Shown here one piece after another: positions 22,363 through 34,995 of a stretch of 46,691 nucleotides of DNA. Numbering within the stretch: position 1 is the stretch's first letter; every line of letters begins with the position of its first letter. The notes beneath the pieces were generated by a model. The model saw only the letters and a program-made list of their open reading frames with translations, was not told the DNA's origin and ran no database searches. Both the position numbers and the translations under genes were made by a program. The stretch is from Octopus sinensis (lineage: Eukaryota): assembly GCF_006345805.1 (NCBI RefSeq), contig NW_021834626.1, positions 1-46,691 of the forward strand. The letters are read 5' to 3'.

Positions 22363-24175
22363 AAGGCGGCAAGCTGGCAGAAACGTTAGCACACTGGGCG
22401 AAGTGCTTAGCAGTATTTCGTCTGCCGCTACATTCTGAGTTCAAATTCTGCCAAGGTCGACTTTGCCTTTCATCCTTTCAGGGTCGATTAAATAAGTACC
22501 AGTTACACACTGGAGGTTGATATAATCGACTTAATTCGTGTGTCTGTCCTTATTTGTCCTCTCTGTGTTTGGCCCCTTGTGGGTAGTAAAGAAATAGGTA
22601 TTTAGGCACAGCAAGGCGGCAAGCTGGCAGAAACATTAGCGCACTGGGCGAAGTGCTTAGCAGTATTTCGTCTGCTGCTACGTTCTGAGTTCAAATTCTG
22701 CCACGGTCGACTTTGCCTTTCATCCTTTCAGGATCGATTAAATAAGTACCAGTTATGCACTGGGGTCGATATAATCGACTTAATCCGTGTGTCTGTCCTT
22801 GTTTGTCCTCTCTGTGTTTGGCCCCTTGTGGGTAGTAAAGAAATAGGTATTTAGGCACAGCAAGGCGGCAAGCTGGCAGAAATGTTAGCGTGCTGGACGA
22901 AGTGCTTAGCAGTATTTCGTCTGCCGCTACGTTCTGAGTTCAAATTCTGCCAAGGTCGACTTTGCCTTTCATCCTTTCGGGGTCGATAAATTAAGTACCA
23001 GTTACACACTGGAATCGATGTAATTGATTTAATCCGTTTGTCTGTCCTTGTTTGTCCACTCTGTGTTTAGCCCCTTGTGGGTAGTAAAGAAATAGGTATT
23101 TCGTTTGCCTCTCTGTTCTGGGTTCAAATTCCGCCGAGGTCGACTCTGCCTTTCATCCTTTCGGGATCGATTAAATAAGTACCAGTTACGCACTGGGGTC
23201 GATGTAATCGACTTAATCCGTTTGTCCTCTCTGTGTTTAGCCCCTTGTGGGTAGTAAAGAAATAGGTATTTCGTCTGTCTTTACGTTCTGAGTTCAAATT
23301 CCACTGAGGTCAACTTTGCCTTTCATCCTTTCAGGGTCGATTAAATAAGTACCAGTTACGCACTGGGGTCGATATAATCGACTTAATCCCTTTGTCTGTC
23401 CTTGTTTGTCCCCTCTGTGTTTAGCCCCTTGTGGGTAGTAAAGAAATAGGTATTTCGTCTGTCTTTACGTTCTGAGTTCAAATTCTGCCCAGGTCGACTT
23501 TGCCTTTCATCCTTTCAGGGTCGATTAAATAAGTACCAGTTACACACTGGGGTCGATATAATCGACTTAATCCGTTTGTCTGTCCTTGTTTGTCCTCTCT
23601 GTGTTTAGCCCCTTGTGGGTAGTAAAGAATAGGTATTTCGTTTGCCTCTCTGTTCTGGGTTCAAATTCCGCCGAGGTCGACTCTGCCTTTCATCCTTTCG
23701 GGATCGATTAAATAAGTACCAGTTACGCACTGGGGTCGATGTAATCGACTTAATCCGTTTGTCCTCTCTGTGTTTAGCCCCTTGTGGGTAGTAAAGAAAT
23801 AGGTATTTCGTCTGTCTTTACGTTCTGAGTTCAAATTCCACTGAGGTCAACTTTGCCTTTCATCCTTTCAGGGTCGATTAAATAAGTACCAGTTACGCAC
23901 TTGGGTCGATATAATCGACTTAATCCGTTTGTCTGTCCTTGTTTGTCCCCTCTGTGTTTAGCCCCTTGTGGGTAGTAAAGAAAATGGTATTTCGTCTGCC
24001 GCTACGTTCTGAGTTCAAATTCTGCCAAGGTCGACTTTGCCTTTCATCCTTTCAGGGTCGATTAAATAAGTACCAGTTACACACTGGGGTCGATATAATC
24101 GACTTAATCCGTTTGTCTGTCCTTGTTTGTCCTCTCTGTGTTTAGCCCCTTGTGGGTAGTAAAGAAATAGGTATT
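22363..24175 (+). repeat. Tandem array of SINE B units (three head-bearing units, ~247-bp period, then headless ~175-184-bp units)
   Basis: GGCGGCAAGCTGGCAGAAA heads at ~22365, 22615, 22865; GGTATTTAGGCA at both array ends (22347-22358, 24170-24181). Confidence 0.9.
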
Positions 24176-24619
24176 TAGGCACAGGCATGGCTGTGTGGTA
24201 AGAAGCTTGTTTCACATTGAACGTAAACTTCTCATTTTCAGACCTATGTTCCAAAACTTTTGGCCAAAACTGAATCTTTTATCTGTAGATTAACAAATCA
24301 ATGCTGATTCCAAAGTAAATCTATAGAGGAAACCTTAAAATGTGGTTTAAGAACTTATATCTGTTTCCATAAGGATTGCTTTATCTCTGTCTGTATCTGT
24401 TAATCCATCTATCGGTCTCTCTGCCTATTTCTCTGTCTAAATACCTGTATCTCTATCTGCCAGTATATCTCTACCTATATATGTGTCTCTATGACTGACT
24501 CCATCTATATTTTCATTTATCTATCTTTCTATCTATCTATCTCTGTCCCGTCTGTGTTTAGCCCTGTGTGGCTAATAAAGAAATATATCTATCTCTCTGT
24601 CTATCTCTCTTTCTGTCTG

Positions 24620-24671
<52 letters not shown>

Positions 24672-24706
24672 CCTACCTACTTATCTATCTATCTATCTAT
24701 CTATCT

Positions 24707-27700
24707 GAAAAAATACCAACACCACCATCAACAGCAAAACCCAAAGGAACAGAAAAACAAAGAAAACACACACAAACTGATCCCCCCCATTCCTATCCGC
24801 ACTCAACACCACACAAACACTCAACAACCAACAACAACGAAAACAACAACACAACCACTTACACAGACATACATAGAAGCCCACAACATACCCCTACCCC
24901 CTTCTGATTCCTCAGAAATTTCGTCGGAAGACGAAACCAGTGAGGAATGGCAAATAGCTAAAAGAAGAGGAAAATAAAGAGCAGAAACACAACCAAACCA
25001 AATGCAAACACGAACAAAGCAGGGGAAATACATCTCCCGAAGACATTTCAAAACCCAACGCAAACAACAGCCACACCAACACCACAAAAACATATACAGC
25101 AAACATGCTCACAGCCATAGACACCAAAAACACCAAATTTGATGGAATACATCCAATCAAAAACAAACATAACAGAAGATGACAAAAACAAACAATCACC
25201 CATACACAACACCACCAGACCACATCAAAATATTACACTCTCCAAAAGTCTGCACCACACACTCAAAGGCATTTTCCCCAGTGCGGTTGGTGAATGCCAA
25301 AAATATCTCACAAAGAAACTGTACTGGGATCTTCTCGAGGACAAACCAACGGAGGAGAAAGCAAACACTTTCGAGCAGTAAGTAACCCTCTGTATTCTAA
25401 TTCATTAGAACTATGATCAAGATTGGTTGTGTAAATGCGCGTGGCTTGGGTCCCCTTGGAAACAAGGGTACCTCTTAAATGACATAAAGTCACATAAGTT
25501 AGAAATCATAGCCATAAGCGAGACCAGACTCCACAATCCGCGGGCCCTAAAGACCATGTTTGGCGGACAGTTCAACATTTATTTTTCCCCCTGTCTGCCG
25601 AGAATGGGCGGTAGTGGCACCGCCGGCTTTTTTTTCCAAGAGTCTGGATCTCAATGTAAGGACAATATTCGTAGACCCGGAGGGTAGACTGGTCGTCCTG
25701 GATGTCGACGGCAGCAATGGGTGCGCTTTTCGACTCGTATCAGTTTACGCACCGCCCTTAACAGGTCGGGCGGATTTCTTTCAACGTCTAGAAGTTTTCT
25801 TGGGAACGTCTCGTCCTTTACTCTTAGTGGGGGATTGGAATGCTACCTTGGACACGCATGTAGACTACGTGGGTAGAGATAGGAATAGACGGGGATGCAA
25901 ATGCCTCTCAGAGACCTGCTCAGACGCTTTCAACTGTCTGACAGGTTCCGACTAGACCACCCGAATGCGCCAACGTGGACATGGAGCAACCACATCGGGT
26001 CGTCGAGATCGTATCTAGATAGGATACTGTGTAGGACAGTAGATAGAGATAGCATAGGATGTCCACAATTCCACATAGTCAGCTACACGGATCACAAACT
26101 TGTGACATGTACGCTAGACTTAGGTAAGACACTTAGGCAGGGTCCCGGATACTGGAAACTAAACGCGTCTTTCCCATCGAGACAAGTTTTCAGAGACCGG
26201 ATTAGCACACTAGTAAAGAGGGCTTTGACGGGAGCCATCATCAACAACAAATGGTGGTTTGCCCTCAAGAGAGCAGTAAAAGCAGAAGCGATTAGGTACA
26301 GCAAAGCACTAGCCATAGATAGAAATAGAGTAGAGGGTGAGCTAGTTAAGAAGCTAGAAGAGGCAATTAGAAGCGGCATCGCATCCGACGTTTTGGCGGC
26401 GAGGTTGGCCCTCGACCAACACTTCAACGCCAAACACGAAGGATGTGCTGTCAGAGCTAGGATGCGTGCTCTAAGGAACGAAGGTGTTGGAGCCGCGAGA
26501 GAGGCCCGGGTGGCAGAGGCGCAACAGGGCAACAAAGCCACCATTCGGTCACTGGTAGATGAACAGGGGCACAAATTGCTCGAGCCAAGTAAAATGTGTG
26601 AGGCCTTTCAGCAGCATTTTGCCCGACTGTTCGGACGAGTGGAGGGGAGGGCAAGGACGTAGGGTGGACTTCAGTGCCTACCTACATAGCCTACCACGAC
26701 TCTCGACAAGAAAGGCAGGTGCGTGCGAAGTGTGCCATCACGGCGGCGGAAGTGCGGGGAGAGATGCAGAATGCTCGAGGGACAAATCACCGGGTTTGGA
26801 TGGTCTACGAGCTTTACAAGTTTATACCAGACTTGTTGGAGATCTCTTGGCGGCGGTGTACTGCAACTGGCAGCAAAACGGGAGCATTCCTGGTTTTGTG
26901 AGCCGAGGAGCCGTAACACTGCTGAAGAAAAGCAAACAAATGTAATAGATAACTTTAGGCCCATCACTCTGCTTAATGCAGACTTGAAAATTTTGGCCAG
27001 GTGCTAGCCAAGAGGTTGGCGCTTGTCATCGAGAAACTGGTCGACAAGGCGAAACATGCGCGTGCCAGGCCGGACCATCCATGACAACCTCCATCTGATG
27101 CGCTACATCATAGACAGGTAGTTAACGAACCGCCATGGGTGGGGCCCTGATCAATTGCAATCGAAAGCCTTTGATAGGGTGGACCATCGATACTTGGAGC
27201 AGTCCTGAGAGCGGCTGTTTCGGGCCCGTCTTCCGCGGCTGATAGCTGCCTTGTACAGAGGCATCAGTTCGGTAATTCGCGTAAATGGACATCTATCGAG
27301 ACCTTTCGACATTGCACGTTCGGTCCGTCAGGGATGCCCCCTCTCGGCGCTTCTATACGTATTGACTCTTGAGCCACTACTGCGGAAGCTGGCGACTCTA
27401 AGGGGCATCCCGCGAGAATTGGGATGCAGGACGAGCGGTCTGCATACGCGACGACTCACCGTCATAGTGTCTAGACACGAGCATATCGAGCTGGTCGGCG
27501 AGACACTGAAAAACTACGAAGCGGTTGCAAGAGCGAAAATCAACTGGGAAAAGTCAGTGGGCTGCGACTAGGCACCTGGAAAGCAAGCCCATGCCGTCCA
27601 CCAGCGCCTCCGTCGTGGGACGCGGGACCGACGGCCCGGTTGAGTTGCTCGGGGTCTGGTTTGGTCCGGACCTCCATGTGGAGAAGAACTGGAACGAGAT

Positions 27701-29200
27701 AACGAGTAGGGTGGTCACTCTCGCCGCCCGCAATGGGCCGAGAGGAACTGTCCCTAAAAGGTCGAGCGGAGGTGGCGAACACGTACATCGCGTCCGTCAT
27801 CTACTACCGGCCTGACCGTCGTACCTTTCCCGACCCTACCATCACAACTACAAAAACAACGCATCCTCTTTCGCTTCTTGTGGAAAGGATGCGTCCCGAT
27901 GGTCAGGCGATCCATTTGCTGTCAACACCCGTTAAAAGGAGGGCGGGCATGCCGTGGTTGATGATGCGCAGACACGCGCTGAGACTGCGACATCTCTGGC
28001 TCTATGTAGAACGACGGTGAACAGGTGTGGTGTCGCCGTTTGTGAGGCAAGCTTTCCCGCAGCTCGTCTCCATGACCGAACTGCAGTCGTGGATCAAAAA
28101 GAGGCCGAGGAAGGGCGAATGGCACCGCGAGTGTCGCGTTGCTCTCAAGCAACTCTGCCGTCCTGGGTCGACCTTAAGTGACTTCACACAACCAAAGCAT
28201 TCTATAGGGGTTTAGTGGAGGGGAGGTACGACGACGAGCTCGGGGCGAACCTGGACGTCGACGAGGAGTACCTGACCCGCCTCGGGACGACTTTCGGGCC
28301 AGGCCCATGGACAACTTCCAGAGATCCCTGGCCTGGCAGTGCTACCGAGAAGCGCTACCCGTTCGGGATAAGCTCTACAGACACGGCTCGAGAAACACGG
28401 GGCCGACCTGCCCGAGATGCGGTCAGAGCGACGAAACCGTTCTGCACGCACTTGTTCATGTCCAACAATTTCCGACCTGTGTGCTTATGTCGAACAACTG
28501 CTGTCACGTGTGGGACGAGTCGGTTTATCAGCTGAGTCTATCGTCAATATTGTCACGCCGCCTTCCTTCAAACGGGAAGGAGAGCTATTTTCATCATCCT
28601 TGTGGCTATGGCGAAAGAATGTATATCTGGTGGACGCGTCTGAAGGATTGGAGACAAACACTTTCCTCTCTGGTCAATCTCTCATCAACTTCTTCAAGTA
28701 CCACTTGAAAAGGAAAGTGAGTAGAGAGGCAAGTTTTGTCTAGCGAATGTTTTAAAAAAAGATGGGTGAATGTAGCAAGAATGGCCGTATGAATGACGAA
28801 GCCACCTTGAGCATAGTCCTATGAACCCAGAAATCGAAAACAGAGAGTTGCTTATTTGCAAAAAAAAAAAAGAAATATAAAATGTGACTTCACTGACTGA
28901 GGTTACCGTGGTCTTTTCCGTAGGCTTTTCTTTCCACGGGTAAACCTCACCTGTCCTCCCCTTTACACTTCATATTGACATTTCTGTGATAACGATCCCT
29001 ATTGATCAATTTTTTTTTTTTTTTCCTCCCCCCCTTTTTTTTAACCCCCCCTTTTTTGTCCTCTTTCTCTCCTTTTACGATCCCTTTTGATCGAAACTCC
29101 CCCCTTCCCCTTTTTTTTTTTTTTCTAACCCTTCAAAAGAAAAGCTCTACCTTGTAATTTGTTCTATCTGTGTGCAGCCCTGTGTGGCTAATAAAGAAAC
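24707..29200 (+). mobile_element. Tx1-clade (L1 superfamily) LINE, copy 1: ORF1 3' part, ORF2, 3'UTR
   Basis: Flanked by (TATC)n on both sides; ends in AATAAAGAAAC; ORF2 motifs as listed in the next feature. Confidence 0.9.
25413..28824 (+). pseudogene. Tx1 ORF2 (APE endonuclease - reverse transcriptase - CCHC), frameshifted in this sequence
   Basis: MIKIGCVNARGLG, IAISETRL, LLVGDWNA, SYLDRIL, YTDHKLV (APE); KSPGLDG, FRPITLLNADLKILA, SKAFDRVDH, RQGCPLSALLY (RT); CPRCGQSDETVLH (zinc knuckle). Confidence 0.9.
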
Positions 29201-29201
29201 A

Positions 29202-29235
<34 letters not shown>

Positions 29236-29236
29236 C

Positions 29237-29319
<83 letters not shown>

Positions 29320-29332
29320 CCTACCTACCTAC

Positions 29333-29379
<47 letters not shown>

Positions 29380-29380
29380 C

Positions 29381-29443
<63 letters not shown>

Positions 29444-29460
29444 CCTATCTACCTACCTAC
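29201..29460. repeat. (TATC)n microsatellite
   Basis: Directly visible. Confidence 0.95.
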
Positions 29461-29463
29461 TTA

Positions 29464-29915
29464 AAACAGAGGGTTACCCACTTGCAAATAAATGTGGTAA
29501 CATATAACAATATTGACCAAGGTTACCGTGGTCTTTTTCGTAGGCTTTTCTTCCCCACGGATAACCTTACCTTACTTGCTTTCCCCTTTACACCATATAT
29601 CATAACACTGTGATACACGATCCCTATTGATCGTTCTTTTTTTTTCCTCTCTTCCCCTTTTTTCCCCTTTTTTCATTTCTCTTTCCTTTTGTTCCTTTTC
29701 CTTTTCTTTCTTTTTCTTTTTATTCTTTTTATTTTATTCAATTTTTTTTTTGTTTTTGTTCTTTTCTTCCCTTTTACGATCCCTCTTGATCAAAAACCTA
29801 CGCCACCCCCTTTTTTTGTTTCTTTTGTTTTTTGTTCTCTTCATACCCCAAAAGAAAAGCTCTACCTTGTAACTTGTCTCATCTGTGTGCAGCCCTGTGT
29901 GGCCAATAAAGAAAC
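29464..29915 (+). mobile_element. Tx1 3'UTR fragment (related subfamily)
   Basis: AAGGTTACCGTGGTCTTT...AATAAAGAAAC followed by TATC remnants. Confidence 0.8.
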
Positions 29916-29945
29916 TTATCTATTTATCTACCTACCTACTTATTC

Positions 29946-32904
29946 CAGACGCTTTCAACTGTCTGACAGGTTTCGACTAGACCACCCGAATGCGCCAACG
30001 TGGACATGGAGCAACCGCATCGGGTCGTCGAGATCGTATCTAGATAGGATACTGTGTAGGACAGTAGATAGAGATAGCATAGGATGTCCACAATTCCACA
30101 TAGTCAGTCACGGATCACAACTTGTAACATGTACGCTAGACTTAGGTAAGACACTTAGCAGGGTCCCCGATACTGGAAACTAAACGCGTCTTTCCCATCG
30201 AGACAAGTTTTCAGAGACCGGATTAGCACACTAGTAAAGAGGGCTTTGACGGGAGCCATCATCAACACAAATGGTGGTTTGCCCCTCAGAGAGCAGTAAA
30301 AGCAGAAGCGATTAGGTACAGCAAAGCACTAGCCATAGAAATAGAGTAGAGGGTGAGCTAGTTAAGAAGCTAGAAGAGGCAATTAGAAGCGGCATCGCAT
30401 CCGACGTTTTGCGGCGAGGTTGGCCCTCGACCAACACTTCAACGCCAAACACGAAGGATGTGCTGTCAGAGCTAGGATGCGTGCTCTAAGGAACGAAGTG
30501 TTGGAGCCGCGAGAGAGGCCCGGGTGGCAGAGGCGCAACAGGGCAACAAAGCCACCATTCGGTCACTGGTAGATGAACAGGGCGCGAATTGCTCGAGCCA
30601 AGTAAAATGTGTGAGGCCTTTCAGCAGCATTTTGCCCGACTGTTCGGAACGAGTGGAGGGCAAGAACGTAGGGTGGACTTCAGTGCCTACCTACATAGCC
30701 TACCACGACTCTCGACAAGAAAGGCAGGGTGCTGCGAAGGTGCCATCACGGCGGCGGAAGTGCGGGAAGCGATGGCAGAATGCTCGAGGGACAAATCACC
30801 GGGTTTGGATGGTCTACCCTACGAGCTTACAATTGTATGCCAGACTTGTTTGGAGATCTCTTGGCGGCGGTGTACTGCAACTGGCAGCAAAACGGGAGCA
30901 TTCCTGGTTTTGTGAGCCGAGGAGCCGTAACAACTGCTGAAGAAAGATCTAAACAAGGGAATGTAATAGATAACTTTAGGCCCATCACTCTGCTTAATGC
31001 AGACTTGAAAATTTTGGCCAAGGTGCTAGCCAAGAGGGTGGCGCTTGTCATCGAGAAACTGGTCGACAAGGCGCAAACATGCGCCGTGCCAGCCGGACCA
31101 TCCATGACAACCTCCATCTGATGCGCTACATCATAGACAGGGTAGTTAACGAACCTGGCATGGGTGGGGCCCTGATCAACTTGGATCAATCAAAAGCCTT
31201 TGATAGGGTAGACCATCGATACTTGGAGGCAGTCCTGAGAGCGGCTGTTTTCGGTCCCCCGTCTTCCGCGGCTGGATAGCTGCCTTGTACAGAGGCATCC
31301 GTTCGGTAATTCGCGTAAATGGACATCTATCGAGACCTTTCGACATTGCACGTTCGGTCCGTCAGGGATGCCCCCTCTCGGCGCTTCTATACGTATTGAC
31401 TCTTGAGCCACCACTACTGCGGAAGCTGGCGACTCTAAGGGGCATCCCGCGAGAATTGGGATGCGGGACGAGCGTGTCTGCATACGCGGACGACGTCACC
31501 GTCATAGTGTCTAGCCACGAGCACATCGAGCTGGTCGGCGAGACACTGAAAAACTACGAAGCGGTGACAGGAGCGAAATCAACCGGGAAAGTCAGTGGGC
31601 TTGCGACTAGGCACCTGGAGAAGCAAGCCCATGCCGTCCACCAGCCGCCTCCGTCGTGGGACGCTGGACCGACGGCCCGGTTGAGTTGCTCGGGGTCTGG
31701 TTTGGTCCGGACCTCCAAGTGGAGAAGAACTGGAACGAGATAACGAGTAGGGTGGTCACTCTCGCCCGGCAATGGGCCGAGAGGAAACTGTCCCTAAAAG
31801 GTCGAGCGGAGGTGGCGAACGTACATCGCGTCCGTCATCTACTACCCGCCTGACCGTCGTACCTTGTCCCGACCCTACCATCACCAAACTACAACGCATC
31901 CTCTTTCGCTTCTTGTGGAAAGGATGCGTCCCGATGGTCAGGCGATCCATTTGCTGTCAACCCCGTTAAAAGGAGGGCTGGGCATGCCGTGGTTGATGAT
32001 GCGCAGAACACGCGCTGAGACTGCGACATCTCTGGCTCTATGTAGACGACGGTGAACAGGTTGTGGTCGCGTTTTGTGAGGCACGCTTTCCCGCAGCTCG
32101 TCTCCATGACCGAACTGCAGTCGTGGATCAAAAAGAGGCCGAGGAAGGGCGAATGGCACCGCGAGTGTCGCGTTGCTCTCAAGCAACTCTGCCGTCCTGG
32201 GTCGACCTTAAGTGACTTCAACACAACCAAAGCATTCTATAGGGGTTTAGTGGAGGGGAGGTACGACGACGAGCTCGGGGCGAACCTGGACGTCGACGAG
32301 GAGTACCTGACCCGCCTGTTCGGGACGACTTTCGGGCCAGGGCCCATGGACAACTTCCAGAGATCCCTGGCCTGGCAGTGCTACCGAGAAGCGCTACCCG
32401 TTCGGGATAAGCTCTACAGACACGGCTCGAGAACACGGGGCCGACCTGCCCGAGATGCGGTCAGAGCGACGAAACCGTTCTGCACGCACTCGTTCAGTGT
32501 CCAACAATTTCCGACCTGTGGGCTTGTGTCGAACAACTGCTGTCACGTGTGGGACGAGTCGGTTTATCAGCTGAGTCTATATCGTCAATATTGTCACGCC
32601 TCCTTCCTTCAAACGGGAAGGAAGAGCTATTTTCACATCATCCTTGTGGCTATGGCGAAAGAATGTATCTGGTGGACGCGTCTGAAAGGATTGGAGACAA
32701 ACACTTTCCTCTCTGGTCAACTCTCATCAACTTCTTCAAGTACCACTTGAAAAGGAAAGTGAGAGTAGAGAGGCAAGTTTTGTCTAGCGAATGTTTTAAA
32801 AAAAGATGGGTGAATGTAGCAAGAATGGCACGTATGAATGGACGAAGCCAACCTTGAGCATAGTCCTATGAACCCAGAAATCGAAAACAGAGAGTTGCTT
32901 ATTT

Positions 32905-32937
<33 letters not shown>

Positions 32938-33087
32938 ATATAAAATGTGACTTTCATTGACCGAGGTTACCGTGGTCTTTCCGCAGGCTTTTCTTTCCAC
33001 GGGTAAACCTCACCTGTCCTCCCTTTATACACTTCATATTGACATTTCTGTGATAACGATCCCTATTGATCATTTTTTTTCCTCTCC

Positions 33088-33126
<39 letters not shown>

Positions 33127-33288
33127 CCCCTTATTTTTGTCCTCTTTCTCTCCTTTTACGATCCCTTTTTATCGAACCTCCCCCTTCCTTTTTTTTTTTT
33201 TTTTTTTTTTTTTTAATACCTTCAAAAGAAAAGCTCTACCTTGTATTTGTTCTATCTGTGTGCAGCCCTGTGTGGCTAATAAAGAAAC
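29946..33288 (+). mobile_element. Tx1-clade LINE copy 2, 5'-truncated within the APE domain; ORF2 stop at ~32871
   Basis: Near-identical to 25921-29200; RT motifs DQSKAFDRVDH, QGCPLS, SAYADDVTV. Confidence 0.9.
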
Positions 33289-33382
33289 ATATCTATCTAT
33301 CTATATATCTATCTACCTGTCTGTCTATCTATTTATCTATCTATCCATCTATCTATCTATCCATCTATCTATCTATCCATCC

Positions 33383-33422
<40 letters not shown>

Positions 33423-33451
33423 GTCTATCTATCCATCTGTCTATCCATCTG

Positions 33452-33489
<38 letters not shown>

Positions 33490-33523
33490 CATCTCTCTAT
33501 CTATCCATCTGTCTATCCATCTG

Positions 33524-33580
<57 letters not shown>

Positions 33581-33585
33581 TTATC

Positions 33586-33617
<32 letters not shown>
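33289..33617. repeat. (TATC)n microsatellite
   Basis: Directly visible. Confidence 0.95.
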
Positions 33618-34039
33618 CTTTTGATAGTATTCGTTGACAGATCGACTCGTAAGTTAACTACTTATTCTATTGTGTTTCTCGAAAAGCTTCGTTGTAAATT
33701 TTGCACACGGAGTGTGTAAGACGCCCAGCTGTCGTCTGGGTGTGTTTTCCGGAGGGGATTATGCCCCTAGGGGCATTTTCAACCTCAAATATAACTTGTA
33801 TAACTTGTTTTTTTAACATAATGTCGGCGAAACGTTTCTAGTAAATTACTAACGCCGTTCTCTTTCTTCTCGTTTGTATCCATTCTTTACGTTCCACATT
33901 GTCGTAGTATTGTGACTTTCCAAACGCTCAACTTTCGTTTGAGCCTGTGTTAAATATAGAAATCGCCCATAAGGGCATTTTCAATCTATTTTTATTTTTT
34001 TCTCTTGAAACAAAAAAAATAATAATGTCGAGAAATCTT

Positions 34040-34395
34040 GGAGTGGCTGTGTGGTAAGTAGCTTGCTAACCAACCACACGGTTGCGGGTTCAGTCCCACT
34101 GCGTGGCATCTTGGGCAAGTGTCTTCTGCTATAGCCCCGGGCCGACCAATGCCTTGTGAGTGGATTTGGTAGACGGAAACTGAAAGAAGACTGTCGTATA
34201 TATGTATATATATATGTATGCGTGTGTTTGTGTGTCTGTGTTTGTCCCCCTAGCATTGCTTGACAACCGATGCTGGTGTGTTTAGGTCCCCGTCACTTAG
34301 CGGTTCGGCAAAAAGAGACCGATAGAATAAGTACTAAAAGGTGGTGCTCCAGCATGGCCGCAGTCAAATGACTGAAACAAGTAAAAGAGAGAGTA
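34040..34395 (+). mobile_element. SINE family A
   Basis: Head and tail motifs as in other copies, with an internal deletion in the tail. Confidence 0.8.
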
Positions 34396-34995
34396 AAGAG
34401 ATAGTGGAAAAATATTCTGCTATGTTTTCTGAAGAAAACTTGGTTAATATAGGGCGTTACGTCTATCAGAAAATCAAAAAAAAAAATGTGTGTAATAGGT
34501 GTAAAACAACTTCCTATGAACGAATATGAAAAAAAAAAATGCGCTCTCGAGAAAGAGGGGTGGGGGAGAGGCCTCGGAAAATTTATATCGGGAATTTCCG
34601 AAAGCGTCTGAACCGGGCACAAAAACAAAAACAGCGTAATAGGTGTAAAACAACTTGCTCTAAACGACTATCATGAAAAAAATGTGCGCTCGTGAAAGGG
34701 GGGTGGGGGAGAGGCTTCGAAATTTCACATCTTCATTCACGGCCTTTAAACTAAGAAAAAATAGTGTAATTGGTGTAAAACTACTTTTTCTAACGAGTAT
34801 CAAGAACACACACTCACACATGAATCATAAACTCCGTATTTTTGTACATATTTCGCAAAAAAAATAAAATAAACAGAAGAAATTCTGGAAAAAGTGAAGA
34901 AATGTTGGATCTGCGCCATGTGAATCAAAATACGTGTCAGAAACATCTTGAAATACTACAGAAATTATGTTACGAAAATGATAATGTATACATTA

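Noticed and set aside
6277-24175. Tandem arrays as CRISPR arrays
   Set aside because: Units are contiguous SINE-derived repeats without unique spacers, in a eukaryotic context with no cas genes.
24225-24300. Strong AG acceptor (TTCTCATTTTCAG) suggesting a host exon
   Set aside because: All three frames stop within ~16 codons, with no recognisable peptide or partner exons.
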